64,000 bases of DNA from Solirubrobacterales bacterium (GCA_035705945.1 DASSVR010000025.1:11508-75507), one strand, 5' to 3'; counted from the stretch's first letter, positions 30,830 to 40,303 are shown. The notes: generated by a model from the letters alone, not told the origin. Translations and numbers: made by a program.

Positions 30830-30872
30830 GAGTCTGCCGAATCCGGCGATATACGCCGGTTTTCGCAGACTC
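30830..30872 (-). promoter_or_regulatory. Long imperfect hairpin filling the peroxiredoxin/DsbA-like spacer
   Basis: GAGTCTGCCGAA-T-CCGGCG-ATATA-CGCCGG-TT-TTCGCAGACTC has about 18 paired positions and ends 6 nt before the downstream ATG. Confidence 0.5.
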
Positions 30873-30875
30873 GCG

Positions 30876-31325
30876 TCAGGAGAGGGCGTCGAAGATGACG
30901 TTGGCGCCGGGGAACTCGCCGGGGTTGGGCGATTTGTAGGTCCAGGTGACCTTGCCCTCCTCGTCGACGAGGATGAGGGTGCGGTCGGCGATCCCGATCT
31001 TCTCGATGTATGAGTCATAGGCGCGCGCGACCGCCCCCTTCGGCTCGAAGTCCGAAAGCAGCGTGGTGTCGATGCCGAGCTTCTCCTGGAAGGCCTTGTG
31101 GGCGAAGATGCCGTCGACGCTGATCCCGAGCATCTCGACTCCCTTGGCGGTGATCTCCGGCTTGACCTCCTGATAGATCGAGAGCTGGTCGCCGCAGATC
31201 GGGCTGAAATCGCCCGGGTAGAAGACCAACAGCACCTTGCGGCCGCGGTAGTCCGAGAGGGAGACCTTTTCCCCGTCCTGGTTGCGAAGCGTGAAGTCGG
31301 GGGCCTGCTCCCCGACCGCGATCAT
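30876..31325 (-). CDS. Peroxiredoxin (AhpE/Bcp-like thiol peroxidase)
   Basis: ORF 30876..31598 trimmed to the ATG at 31325 ([18 protein letters not shown]). The peroxidatic Cys lies in [12 protein letters not shown]. The start overlaps the rpsO stop as ATGA. Confidence 0.85.
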   Translation of the reverse strand: MIAVGEQAPDFTLRNQDGEKVSLSDYRGRKVLLVFYPGDFSPICGDQLSIYQEVKPEITAKGVEMLGISVDGIFAHKAFQEKLGIDTTLLSDFEPKGAVARAYDSYIEKIGIADRTLILVDEEGKVTWTYKSPNPGEFPGANVIFDALS

Positions 31326-31591
31326 CGCCGCAGGCCGAGCTCTTTGACCAGCGCGCGGTAGCGCTCGAGGTCGGTGCGTTCGAGGTAGCGCAGCATCCGG
31401 CGGCGCTTGCCGACCAGCATCAGCAGGCCGCGGCGCGAATGGTGGTCTTTGGCGTGCTCGCGCAGGTGCTCGGTGAGCTCGTTGATACGGGCGGTCAGCA
31501 GCGCGATCTGGACCTCGGCCGAGCCGGTGTCCTTGTCGCCGCGGCCGTATTTGCCGATCAGCTCGCTCTTCTTCTCTTTGGTCAGGCTCAT
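31322..31591 (-). CDS. rpsO: 30S ribosomal protein S15
   Basis: ORF trimmed to [43 protein letters not shown], giving 89 aa. Confidence 0.95.
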   Translation of the reverse strand: MSLTKEKKSELIGKYGRGDKDTGSAEVQIALLTARINELTEHLREHAKDHHSRRGLLMLVGKRRRMLRYLERTDLERYRALVKELGLRR

Positions 31592-31596
31592 CTCGC

Positions 31597-31625
31597 AAAA
31601 ACGCCGCACACTCGGGTGCGACGGC
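31597..31625 (-). terminator. Terminator-like hairpin plus U5 in the rpsO 5' leader
   Basis: The minus strand reads GCCG-U-CGCAC-CCGA-GUGUG-CGGC followed by GUUUUUG. It ends 5 nt before the rpsO ATG. Confidence 0.45.
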
Positions 31626-31693
31626 TGCTGGAAGCTAGCACAACCGAGCCGGTTCGATTGACTTCCGCCGACCCCTTTGAAAGGGTCGCGTCC

Positions 31694-33031
31694 GTGATAG
31701 TGCATCGAGTTTTTCTATCCGTCGGGATCGCCCTGCTCGGAACCCTTGCCTGGGCCGTTTCACCCGCGCAGGCAACGACCAACGTCTTCAGCCACACCGG
31801 CAATGAGCAAACCTTCGTGGTGCCGAGCGGAGTACATCTCCTGCACGTCCTGCTGATCGGCGGCAGCGGCGGCCAGGGAGGCGTCGCCGCCGAAGGTGGC
31901 GCCGCCGCCGAAGTCATGGCCGATCTGGAAGTCACCCCCGGGGAAACCCTCTACATCGAGGTCGGCGGCACCGGTAAAGACAACAGCGAGGGTGGTGCGG
32001 GCGGCTTCAACGGGGGCGCAAATGGCGGCGGTGGCGCTGGGGGCGGCGGCGGCGCATCCGACATCCGACTCGTGCCGGGCTCGACGCTGCTCTCGCTGGA
32101 AAGCCGCCTTGTCGTCGCGGCGGGTGGAGGCGGCGGTGGAGGCGATGGCGTAACCAGTCCGCCTGGCGACGGCGGCGACGCCGGGAGCGCCGGCGAAAGC
32201 AACGAAGCCGGCAACGAAGGCGGCGGCGCGGGAACCGAATTCGGCGGAGGTGGCGGCGGCTTCGGCAACGGCGAATCCGGCGACAGCGGCGAACTGGGCT
32301 CCGGCGGTTCCGGCGGCAACGGCGAAGTCGGGACCAATGGCGGCGGCGGAGGCGGCGGAGGCCTCAACGGAGGAGGCGGCGGAGGCGGCGGCCTGAACGC
32401 CGGCGGCGGAGGCGGCGGAGGGGGTTCGTCCCTCGTTCCGGCGGAAGGGGAACTCGAAATCGCCGCCCCCAGCGCGTCGCCCCGGATAGTGATCACGTAC
32501 GCCCCGCCTCCCGACATCAACATCACCTCCCCCACCGGCGGTGCCACCTACACCCTCGGGCAGGCGGTCACCGCGATTTACTCATGCACTCCGCAGGTAG
32601 GCGTCGGCCTGGTCAAATGCGCCGGGCCAGTGGCCAACGGCGCCCCGCTCGACACCTCGACCCTGGGCCAGCACGCCTTCACGGTCAACGCCGAAGACAC
32701 GGATGGGGGCACGAGCTCGAAAACCGTGGGCTACACGGTACTCGCAGCAGCCCCAGTCGGCCCGCCGAACACGACAATTGCCTCACACCCGCGGAAAGTG
32801 ATCAAAACGGCGGCTAAACGGGTCAAAGTCAAATTCACCTTCCACTCGCCGACGGCGGGCGCGAGCTTCGAATGCAAGCTCGACAAACGTGCCTACGCTG
32901 CCTGCACCTCGCCCAAGCGCTACAAAGTCAAAGTCGGGAAACACAAATTCTCAGTGCGGGCGGTCAAGGGCGGCGTCGCCGACCCGACGCCGGCCAGCTT
33001 CAAATTCAAAGTCGTGAAAAAAGCTGCCTGA
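31694..33031 (+). CDS. Secreted glycine-rich protein (poly-Gly domain plus C-terminal Ig-like/basic domains)
   Basis: ORF 31439..33031 trimmed to the GTG at 31694. The signal peptide is [45 protein letters not shown] ... [11 protein letters not shown] is followed by runs of up to 8 Gly. The C-terminus contains [33 protein letters not shown]. Confidence 0.75.
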   Translation: MIVHRVFLSVGIALLGTLAWAVSPAQATTNVFSHTGNEQTFVVPSGVHLLHVLLIGGSGGQGGVAAEGGAAAEVMADLEVTPGETLYIEVGGTGKDNSEGGAGGFNGGANGGGGAGGGGGASDIRLVPGSTLLSLESRLVVAAGGGGGGGDGVTSPPGDGGDAGSAGESNEAGNEGGGAGTEFGGGGGGFGNGESGDSGELGSGGSGGNGEVGTNGGGGGGGGLNGGGGGGGGLNAGGGGGGGGSSLVPAEGELEIAAPSASPRIVITYAPPPDINITSPTGGATYTLGQAVTAIYSCTPQVGVGLVKCAGPVANGAPLDTSTLGQHAFTVNAEDTDGGTSSKTVGYTVLAAAPVGPPNTTIASHPRKVIKTAAKRVKVKFTFHSPTAGASFECKLDKRAYAACTSPKRYKVKVGKHKFSVRAVKGGVADPTPASFKFKVVKKAA

Positions 33032-33047
33032 GGAAGCGCGCTGCCTC

Positions 33048-33929
33048 TCAGGTGAAGGCGCCGCAGACCCGCCGCGCGTCCTCGACGTCGCGGTGCATCT
33101 GGGCGATCAGCTCGTCGACCTCGTGGTAGGCGCGCTCGCCGCGGAGACGCTCGACGAAGGCGACCCGCAGGGTCTTGCCGTAGAGGTCCTCCTCGTGGTC
33201 GATCAGATAGGTCTCGATTAGGACGCCCCGGCCGCTCTCGAAGGTGGGCCGGATACCGACGTTGACAGCCGCTGGGACGCCGTTGGCGAAGGCCGCGTAG
33301 ACACCGTGGCCGGGAATGACCAGGTGGTCGTCAGGAACGAGGTTGGCCGTGGGGAAGCCGAGTGTGCGGCCGCGCTGGTCGCCCTGCACGACGGTCCCCT
33401 CGACCATGAAGGGCGAGCCGAGGCAGCGCCGGGCCTGGGCCATCTCGCCCGCGGCCACCAGAGCCCGGATCCGCGTCGAGGAGACGGTTTCGCCGTCGAC
33501 CTCGACCAGGGGAACCACCCGGGTCTCGAACTCCGGGTGGGCTTCCAGCATCGCCGGGTCGCCTTTGGCTTTGGCGCCGAAGCGGAAGTTCTCGCCGACC
33601 GAGACCTGCTTGGCGCCGAGCTTCTCCACCAGCACGCGCTCGATGAAGTCCTCGGCGCTCCGCTGGGCGAAGTCCCGGTCGAAGGGGATCACCACCAGCT
33701 CCTCCACCCCCAACCCTTCAATCACGTCGCGCTTGACCTCGAAGGGCATCAGCAGCTTCGGCGTCGCCACCGGGTGCAGGACCTCGAGCGGGTGCGGGTC
33801 GAAGGTGAGGACGGTGTCGGCGCCCTCGATCACCGCCCGGTGCCCGAGGTGGACGCCGTCGAAGGTGCCGATCGCGACGTGCCGCGGCCGCGGCTCAACA
33901 TCCGGCAGAGCGGTTACGGCGAGGCTCAC
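33048..33929 (-). CDS. ribF: Bifunctional riboflavin kinase / FMN adenylyltransferase
   Basis: VAIGTFDGVHLGHRAVI is present and the C-terminal riboflavin kinase domain contains GFPTANL. Confidence 0.9.
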   Translation of the reverse strand: MSLAVTALPDVEPRPRHVAIGTFDGVHLGHRAVIEGADTVLTFDPHPLEVLHPVATPKLLMPFEVKRDVIEGLGVEELVVIPFDRDFAQRSAEDFIERVLVEKLGAKQVSVGENFRFGAKAKGDPAMLEAHPEFETRVVPLVEVDGETVSSTRIRALVAAGEMAQARRCLGSPFMVEGTVVQGDQRGRTLGFPTANLVPDDHLVIPGHGVYAAFANGVPAAVNVGIRPTFESGRGVLIETYLIDHEEDLYGKTLRVAFVERLRGERAYHEVDELIAQMHRDVEDARRVCGAFT

Positions 33930-34573
33930 CGCAGCGCCTCCGCAACCGCCGGGACCAGCTCTGCCACGCGCTCGGTCGGGATCTCCTCCCCGGCGTCCTC
34001 GACCCGGAAGGGGCCGACGGCGGTGCGGCGCAGGTCGGAGCAGTAGGCGTCGTCTAGCGTCTCAACCAGCGTCCGCACATAGGTGCCCGCCGAGCATTCG
34101 ATCTCGTAGTGGGCGCGCTCGCCGTCGCTGGAGAGCAGCTCGGCGCGGTGGACCTCGACGTCCCGCTCCGGCGTCTCCACGACCTCCCCCCGGTGCGCCT
34201 TCTTGTATAGGCGCTCGCCGCCGACCCGCACCGCCGAGGTCATCGGCACCCGCTGGCGCACGGTCCCGGTCGGCAGTTCCAGGGAGCCCGGGATCCGCCC
34301 CGTCTCGGTCAGCTCGCCGTCGGGATCGCCGGTGCTCGACCGCCAGCCGAGGCGGGCGGTCGCCAGATAGGTCTTCGGCAGCGCGACCAGGAAGCGCTGC
34401 AAACGGGTCGCCCGTCCCAGCAGGATCAGCAGCAAGCCCGTGGCAAAGGGATCGAGCGTCCCCGCGTGGCCCGCTTTCGCGTCGCGTTCGCGGCGGACCC
34501 TGGCGACGACGTCGTGCGAAGTCAACCCGGCTGGCTTGTCGCAGAGCAGCACCGTGCCCGCGTCGGCGCTCAT
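33926..34573 (-). CDS. truB: tRNA pseudouridine(55) synthase, short form without a PUA domain
   Basis: [15 protein letters not shown] is present and the catalytic Asp motif is [14 protein letters not shown]. The protein is only 215 aa. Confidence 0.85.
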   Translation of the reverse strand: MSADAGTVLLCDKPAGLTSHDVVARVRRERDAKAGHAGTLDPFATGLLLILLGRATRLQRFLVALPKTYLATARLGWRSSTGDPDGELTETGRIPGSLELPTGTVRQRVPMTSAVRVGGERLYKKAHRGEVVETPERDVEVHRAELLSSDGERAHYEIECSAGTYVRTLVETLDDAYCSDLRRTAVGPFRVEDAGEEIPTERVAELVPAVAEALR

Positions 34574-34575
34574 TC

Positions 34576-35580
34576 TCAGAGGCCGAGCTGGGCCGAGACC
34601 TCGCGCGAGAGGAACTCGACCAGTTGCTCGAACTCGAGGTCGGTAGAAAACCCGGCGGCGCGTTTGTGCCCCCCTCCCCCGTTAAGGCGGGCGATCGCCG
34701 AGACGTCGACCTCGCCGGCGCTGGAGCGCAGGCTCACCTTGCGGGCGGCCCGCCCGCGGTTGCCCAGGTCTCTGATCACCGCGGCGACCTTGACCCCCTC
34801 GATCGAGCGCAGGTGGTCGATCAGGCCCTCGGTCATCTCCTCGCCTGCCCCCGTCGCCTCGTAGTCGGCCATCGTGATGTAGCTGATCACGAGCGCGCCT
34901 TCGCAATGGCTGGAGACCCCGTCGAGGGCGCGCGAGACGAGCCGCAGCTTCTCCAGCGGGACGTGCTCGTAGAGCCGGCGGTAGGTGTCGTCGACGTTGA
35001 CGCCCGCTTCGATCAGCTCCGCGGCAATCCGGTGGGTATGCGCGTTGACGTTCTCGTACATGAACTTGCCCGTGTCGGTGATCAGGCCGACGTAGAGCGC
35101 CGAGGCGATCTCCGGCGTGATCTTCGCCTCGAGCAGCAGCGCGAGCTCGTAGACGATCTCGGCGGTGCAAGAGGCGCCGACGTCGACCAGGTTGATGTCG
35201 CCAAAGCAGGTGTTGTCGTGGTGGTGATCGATGTTGATCACGTCGTTGTCGCCGGCGGTCAGCCAGTCGACCGGCATCCGGTCGATGTTGCCGCAGTCGA
35301 GGAAGATCACCGTGCGGCAGCCCATGTCGGCCGGCGGCTCGTGGAAGACCTCCTCCAGGGGCAGGAAGCGGTACTCGACCGGCAGCGGGAACTCCTTCGC
35401 CGCCATGAACATCACCGAGTCCTTGCCCAGCTGGGAGAGGATCTTGTGCAGCCCGAGCAGCGAGCCGAGGGCGTCGCCGTCGGGCCCCTCGTGGGCGGTC
35501 AGCAGGAAGCGGTCGCGGGCGCGCAGCTCGGCGCCGACGCGCTCCAGGTCGGAGGTGGCGATGCCGGGGGCCGAGGTCAT
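34576..35580 (-). CDS. nrnA: DHH/DHHA1 phosphoesterase (NrnA-type oligoribonuclease/pAp phosphatase)
   Basis: [17 protein letters not shown] and [10 protein letters not shown] motifs are present. Confidence 0.85.
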   Translation of the reverse strand: MTSAPGIATSDLERVGAELRARDRFLLTAHEGPDGDALGSLLGLHKILSQLGKDSVMFMAAKEFPLPVEYRFLPLEEVFHEPPADMGCRTVIFLDCGNIDRMPVDWLTAGDNDVINIDHHHDNTCFGDINLVDVGASCTAEIVYELALLLEAKITPEIASALYVGLITDTGKFMYENVNAHTHRIAAELIEAGVNVDDTYRRLYEHVPLEKLRLVSRALDGVSSHCEGALVISYITMADYEATGAGEEMTEGLIDHLRSIEGVKVAAVIRDLGNRGRAARKVSLRSSAGEVDVSAIARLNGGGGHKRAAGFSTDLEFEQLVEFLSREVSAQLGL

Positions 35581-35915
35581 TCTTCGTCCTCGAGAAGTTC
35601 GGAGATCCGCGCGCCCTTCTCGATCGTGTCGTCGTAGTGGAAGGTCAACGTCGGCGTCCGCTTCATCCGCGTCTCGGCGGCGATCCGGGACTGGATCACG
35701 CCGTGCGAGGAGCGCAGGCCGCTCAGAGTCGCCTCCCGCTCCTCCTCGTCGCCGAGCACGCTGACGAACACCTTTGCGGTGCGCAGGTCGGGGCTGGTCT
35801 CTACCGAAGTCACGGTCACGAAGCCGATGCGGGGGTCACTGAGCTCACCTGCGATTGCCGCCCCCACGACCTCGCGAAGCACCTCGTTGATGCGCCGCAT
35901 GCGGGGGCCGGCCAT
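35577..35915 (-). CDS. rbfA: Ribosome-binding factor A
   Basis: ORF 35577..36011 trimmed to the ATG at 35915 (MAGPRMRRINEVLREVVGAAIAGELSDPRIGFVTVTSVETSPDL), which is preceded by GGAG. The longer in-frame N-terminus lies inside a structured spacer. Confidence 0.8.
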   Translation of the reverse strand: MAGPRMRRINEVLREVVGAAIAGELSDPRIGFVTVTSVETSPDLRTAKVFVSVLGDEEEREATLSGLRSSHGVIQSRIAAETRMKRTPTLTFHYDDTIEKGARISELLEDEE

Positions 35916-35924
35916 GCTACTCCG

Positions 35925-36088
35925 AGTGCCTGTGCGGATGCCCGCGCGTGCAGCTGGCGAGAACCGGACCGAGCGGGGATAGGACGCAGGGAGGTCGAAT
36001 GGCATCGCCATTTGGCCGACCGAGGACGACCACCCGCGAAGTGTGTCCGGTGCCGCCAGATGTGCGTGGGGGCATCCGCACAGGCACT
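35925..36088 (-). repeat. 19-bp perfect inverted repeat bracketing the whole infB-rbfA spacer
   Basis: AGTGCCTGTGCGGATGCCC at 35925..35943 is the exact reverse complement of GGGCATCCGCACAGGCACT at 36070..36088. The arms are 126 nt apart. Confidence 0.85.
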
Positions 36089-38337
36089 TACTCGAGGGTC
36101 TGCTCGACCTGTTTCGTCTGGAAGAACTCGAGCACGTCGTCCTCCTTCACGTCGGCGTAGCCCTCGAGGACGATGCCGCACTCCTGCCCCTCCTCGACTT
36201 CCTGGACGTTGTCTTTGAAGCGGCGCAGGGATCCGAGCTCGCCGGTCCAGATCACCGTGCCCTCCCGGATCAGCCGGACGCTGGCGGTGCGCACGGCTTT
36301 GCCCTCGGCCACGATGCAGCCGGCGATGCGGCCGACCTTGGAGGCTTTGAAGGTCTGTTTGACCAGCGCCTCGCCGATCGTCTCCTCGACCTCGACGGCC
36401 TCCAGCAGACCCTCCATCGCGTTGCGCAGGTCTTCGGTGATTTTGTAGATGACCGAGTAGGTGCGGACGTCGACGCCCTCGCGCTCGGCGGCGCGTTTTG
36501 CGTCCAGCAGCGGCCGCACGTTGAAGCCGATGATGATCGCGTCGGAGGCCGAGGCGAGCATCACGTCCGACTCGTTGATTCCGCCGGTCTGCGAGTGGAT
36601 GATGTTGATCGCGACCCGGTCCTGCGGGACCTTCGCGAGCTCGTCCTGCAGCGCCTCCAGGGAGCCGGCGACATCTGCCTTGAGGACGATGTCGAGCTCC
36701 TTGATCTCGCCCTCCTGGGCGCGGGCGAAGACCTCGTCGAGGCTGACCTTGCGCCCCTGACGACGGGCCAGCGCCTCGGCCTTGAGCCGGTTGCCGCGTT
36801 CCTGGGCCATCGAGCGCGCGCGGCGGTCGTTCTCCACCGTCTGCACGAACTCGCCGGCGTCGGCGACGCCGTCGAAGCCGAGCACCTCTACCGGCATCCC
36901 CGGCACAGCCTCCTTGACCGCCCTGCCGGTGAAGTCCTGCATCGCGCGGACGCGGCCCCACTGCGGCCCGGCCACTAGCGAGTCGCCGACCCGCAGCGTG
37001 CCTCGCTCGACCAGGACGGTCACCACGGGGCCCCGCCCGGGGTCGAGCTGGGACTCGATTACGTGCCCGGAGGCGGGGGCGTTCGGGTTGGCGGAGAGCT
37101 CCTCCAGCTCGGTGACCAGGAGGATCATGTCGAGCAGGTTGTCGAGGCCCTGCTTCGTCTTCGCCGAGACTTCGCAGAAGACGGTGTCGCCGCCCCAGTC
37201 CTCGGGAGACAGCCCTTCGGAGGCCAGCTCGCCGCGGACTTTTTCGGGGTTCGCCCCCTCTTTGTCGATCTTGTTGACGGCGATCAACATCGGCACGTCG
37301 GCGGCGCGAGCGTGGTCGATCGCCTCTTTCGTTTGAGGCATGACGCCGTCGTCAGCGGCGACGACAACGACGACCACGTCGGTGACCTTGGCGCCGCGGG
37401 CCCGCATCGCGGTAAAGGCGGCGTGGCCCGGCGTGTCGAGGAAGGTGATGGTCTTTTCGTCGTGGTGGACCTGGTACGCGCCGATGTGCTGGGTGATCCC
37501 GCCCGCCTCGCCGGCGGCCACCTCGGTCTCGCGGATCGCGTCCAGCAGCGAGGTCTTGCCGTGGTCGACGTGGCCCATGATCGTCACCACCGGCGGCCGT
37601 TCGACCAGGTCCTCGTCGGCGTCGGAGAACTCCGGCTCCTCCGGCTCCTCGTCGGCGGCGTGGACGATCTCGATCTTGCGGTCGTACTCCTCGGCGATCG
37701 CCTTTACCGAGTCGTCGGTGAGCGTCTGGGTCAGCGTTGCCATCTCGCCCATCATCATCAGTTTTTTGATCACCTCGGCCGGGGCCAGGCCAAGTGACTC
37801 GGCCACCTCGCGAACCGTCACCCCGGAGTTGACCTTCGTCGCCTCGGGCTCAGCGGGCGTCTCCGGTTTCGCCGGCGGCTCCTCCAGCAGCGGCCGGCGG
37901 CGGCGTCCCCCTCGGCGGCGCGGCGGCCGCTGCGGCGGCGGACCGCCTGGCTGCTCGCGGCGCGAAGCCTGCGAATCGATCACGACCCGGCGTTTTTTCG
38001 ATGCCGCTCCTCCACCCCCGCCGCCTCCGCTCTGCTGGGCTCCGGCGGCGCGGACGGGTTTGGTCGACGTCTGCGACCCTTTGGACGCAGCCGGTTTGGC
38101 GGCTCCTTTCGGCGCCGCGGCTGCTGCCGGTTTGTCGGCTTTCGGGACCGGGGCCTTCTTCGTCGCTTCGGCCCCGCCATTCCCTTTCGCGGCCGAAATC
38201 GCCTTCAGCGCATCGGCCTCCTCAACGCTCGAAGCGGCGGCTTTCGCTTCCACCCCGGCTGCTTTCAGGGCGGCCAGCAGCTCTTTCGAGCTGACGCCCT
38301 GCGCTTTGGCGATCTCGTGAACCCGTTTCTTGGCCAC
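36088..38337 (-). CDS. infB: Translation initiation factor IF-2
   Basis: The G1 motif is [14 protein letters not shown], with DTPGH and NKID also present. The N-terminus is Ala/Lys/Gly-rich. The GTG start overlaps the nusA stop by 1 nt. Confidence 0.95.
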   Translation of the reverse strand: MAKKRVHEIAKAQGVSSKELLAALKAAGVEAKAAASSVEEADALKAISAAKGNGGAEATKKAPVPKADKPAAAAAPKGAAKPAASKGSQTSTKPVRAAGAQQSGGGGGGGAASKKRRVVIDSQASRREQPGGPPPQRPPRRRGGRRRRPLLEEPPAKPETPAEPEATKVNSGVTVREVAESLGLAPAEVIKKLMMMGEMATLTQTLTDDSVKAIAEEYDRKIEIVHAADEEPEEPEFSDADEDLVERPPVVTIMGHVDHGKTSLLDAIRETEVAAGEAGGITQHIGAYQVHHDEKTITFLDTPGHAAFTAMRARGAKVTDVVVVVVAADDGVMPQTKEAIDHARAADVPMLIAVNKIDKEGANPEKVRGELASEGLSPEDWGGDTVFCEVSAKTKQGLDNLLDMILLVTELEELSANPNAPASGHVIESQLDPGRGPVVTVLVERGTLRVGDSLVAGPQWGRVRAMQDFTGRAVKEAVPGMPVEVLGFDGVADAGEFVQTVENDRRARSMAQERGNRLKAEALARRQGRKVSLDEVFARAQEGEIKELDIVLKADVAGSLEALQDELAKVPQDRVAINIIHSQTGGINESDVMLASASDAIIIGFNVRPLLDAKRAAEREGVDVRTYSVIYKITEDLRNAMEGLLEAVEVEETIGEALVKQTFKASKVGRIAGCIVAEGKAVRTASVRLIREGTVIWTGELGSLRRFKDNVQEVEEGQECGIVLEGYADVKEDDVLEFFQTKQVEQTLE

Positions 38338-40010
38338 TAAGCCTGCTCCGCCTCCTCGGGTACCTGTTCAGCCTGCTCCGCCTCCGCGGCTTCCGGGTCG
38401 TCGCCGAGCGTCTCACCCTCGACCTCCTCAGCTTCCCGCGCCTCCTCGGCAATGTCCTCTTCGATCTCCTCCTCGGTAGCGGCTTCATCTGCCGACTCTT
38501 CCGGGGCGGCCGTATCTTCGCCGTCCGTCTCAGCCGCCTCTCCAGCGGGTGGCGCGGATGAGGGGTCCTCGCCCGCAGCTTGCGAGGACGAGGGCCCCTC
38601 GTCCGCGACAGGACCCGCTGGCCCGGCGTCCTCAGGCTCGGGCTCTACGAAGTTCGCTTCAGCACGGGTCACGATCTCTTCGACCTGCCCCGCATCGGCA
38701 TCCGGATCGGCCAGGATCGCCACCTCCGTCTCCGACACGTCCGTCAGCACCGCCACCTGGCTCGTCTCGAATCGCGAGAGCGCCTGGTGCTGCGGCAGCC
38801 CGCAGTAGGTCGACCCCGGCAGCGCCGCGTTCGGGCAGCGGCGGCCGGTCGTCAGCACCGCCATGCAGCGGCCGTCGAAGGTTTCCTCGCCCTCGATCTC
38901 GATCTCCTGTTCTTCGGAGGCGAACTCGGTCTCGGACTTGATGTCGACGCGCCAGCCGGTCAGGCGGGCGGCGAGGCGGGCGTTCTGGCCGTCGCGACCG
39001 ATCGCCAGCGAGAGCTGGTCGTCGGGCACGATCACCGTCGCCTGACGCTCCTCGTCATCGACGATCACCTCGCGCACCCGCGCCGGCGAAAGCGCTTTGG
39101 CGACGAAGCGGGCGGGCTCGTCGTTGTGGGGGATGATGTCGATCTTCTCGCCGCGCAGCTCGGAGACGACCATCCGCACCCGCGAGCCGCGGGGGCCGAC
39201 GCATGCGCCGACCGGGTCCACCCCGTCGGCGTGCGAGACGACGGCGATCTTCGAGCGGTAGCCGGGCTCACGGGCGACGCCGACGATTTCGACCAGCTTG
39301 TCGGCGATCTCCGGCACCTCGAGCTCGAACAGGCTTTTGATCAGCTCCGGGCTGCGGCGGGAGACGACGATCGCCGGGCCTTTGGTCGAGTCGGAAACGT
39401 CGGTGATCACGGCCTTGACCCGCATCCCGTGGTCGTAGCGCTCGTTGTAGACCTGCTCGGACTTCGGCAGCAGCGCCTCGACCCGCTCGCGCAACTGGAC
39501 TAGCGTGTAGCGCTTGTCGGACTGCTGGATGATCCCGGTGATCAGCTCGCCGACCCGGTCCTGGTACTCGTCGTACATCATCTGCCGCTCGGCCTCGCGG
39601 ATCCGCTGCAGGATCACCTGCTTGGCGGTCTGGGCGGCAATTCGGCCGAAGTCGTCGGGGGTGACGTCGCGGGTGGAGATCTGGTCCTCGTAGGGGGCGA
39701 TCATCTCCGGGTCGAGCTCCGGCTCCTCGGGCTCTTTCATCTCCCCCGTCTCCGGGTCGATCTCCGGCTCCTCCTGCTGCTCGGCCGCTTCGGCCAGCAG
39801 CTTCTCCTCCAGCTCGGGAGGCAGGATCAGCTCGAAGACGCGGAAGTCGCCGGTTTCGTGGTCGAGATCGACGCGCGCGTATTTGGCCGCCCCGGGAGTC
39901 TTCTTGTAGGCAGAGAGGAGCGCGTCCTCGAGGGCATCCATCAGCGTGTCGGCCGAGATTCCCTTCTCCTGCTCGAGCGCTTTGACTGCGTCGACGATCT
40001 CCTTGGTCAC
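38337..40010 (-). CDS. nusA: Transcription termination/antitermination factor NusA with acidic insertions and a Cys-containing C-terminal extension
   Basis: The N-terminus is [19 protein letters not shown], the S1 region is [22 protein letters not shown], and the KH domains contain [11 protein letters not shown] and [13 protein letters not shown]. About 190 extra C-terminal residues follow. Confidence 0.9.
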   Translation of the reverse strand: MTKEIVDAVKALEQEKGISADTLMDALEDALLSAYKKTPGAAKYARVDLDHETGDFRVFELILPPELEEKLLAEAAEQQEEPEIDPETGEMKEPEEPELDPEMIAPYEDQISTRDVTPDDFGRIAAQTAKQVILQRIREAERQMMYDEYQDRVGELITGIIQQSDKRYTLVQLRERVEALLPKSEQVYNERYDHGMRVKAVITDVSDSTKGPAIVVSRRSPELIKSLFELEVPEIADKLVEIVGVAREPGYRSKIAVVSHADGVDPVGACVGPRGSRVRMVVSELRGEKIDIIPHNDEPARFVAKALSPARVREVIVDDEERQATVIVPDDQLSLAIGRDGQNARLAARLTGWRVDIKSETEFASEEQEIEIEGEETFDGRCMAVLTTGRRCPNAALPGSTYCGLPQHQALSRFETSQVAVLTDVSETEVAILADPDADAGQVEEIVTRAEANFVEPEPEDAGPAGPVADEGPSSSQAAGEDPSSAPPAGEAAETDGEDTAAPEESADEAATEEEIEEDIAEEAREAEEVEGETLGDDPEAAEAEQAEQVPEEAEQA

Positions 40011-40264
40011 TGAGGCGACTCCTTGCTTTCGGAAGCGGTGGCGTTGCGGTACTTGGGGCCCGGCGAGGAAACCTCGAGCGAATAATCAACCAGCAGGTGC
40101 CTCAGGTGCCGGGTAACTCTTTCGCAAAGAGCGAGATCGACCCCCTCGGGATGGTCGACGAAGAGGCGGAGAGCGTCGTTCCTGGGCTGCTCCAGGGCAA
40201 CCAGGTGGATCTCCGTGTCCAGTTCGGATAGGTGCTGCTGGATGTTCTGCTCGAGGTCGTTCAT
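40007..40264 (-). CDS. rimP: Ribosome maturation factor RimP, N-terminal domain only (85 aa)
   Basis: It contains the RimP hallmark YSLEVSSPG, then ends 16 residues later. There is a 4-nt overlap with the nusA start. Confidence 0.6.
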   Translation of the reverse strand: MNDLEQNIQQHLSELDTEIHLVALEQPRNDALRLFVDHPEGVDLALCERVTRHLRHLLVDYSLEVSSPGPKYRNATASESKESPQ

Positions 40265-40279
40265 GGGGGATTCGGCCGT

Positions 40280-40303
40280 AAAAAAAGTGGGCCAGGCCCA
40301 CTT
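40280..40303 (-). terminator. Intrinsic terminator between coaBC and rimP
   Basis: The minus strand reads AAGUGGG-CCUGG-CCCACUU followed by UUUUUUA. It ends 15 nt before the rimP ATG. Confidence 0.75.

Noticed and set aside
32100-32440. Repetitive GGCGGC tracts might look like a tandem repeat or CRISPR-like array.
   Set aside because: The tracts are in-frame poly-glycine coding sequence without regular repeat/spacer periodicity. No CRISPR array is present anywhere in the window.
31951-32547. A 198-aa proline-rich ORF lies on the minus strand.
   Set aside because: It is the mirror image of the GGC/GGA-rich glycine runs of the plus-strand glycine-rich gene, since GGN read in reverse gives NCC (Pro). 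It has no independent signals.
35916-36011. A longer 144-aa rbfA starting at the ATG at 36011 was considered.
   Set aside because: The extra 32 residues (MAMPFDLPASYPRSVRFSPAARAGIRTGTRSS) are not RbfA-like. They lie inside the inverted-repeat-bracketed spacer. The internal ATG at 35915 has a GGAG upstream and yields the conserved RbfA N-terminus.
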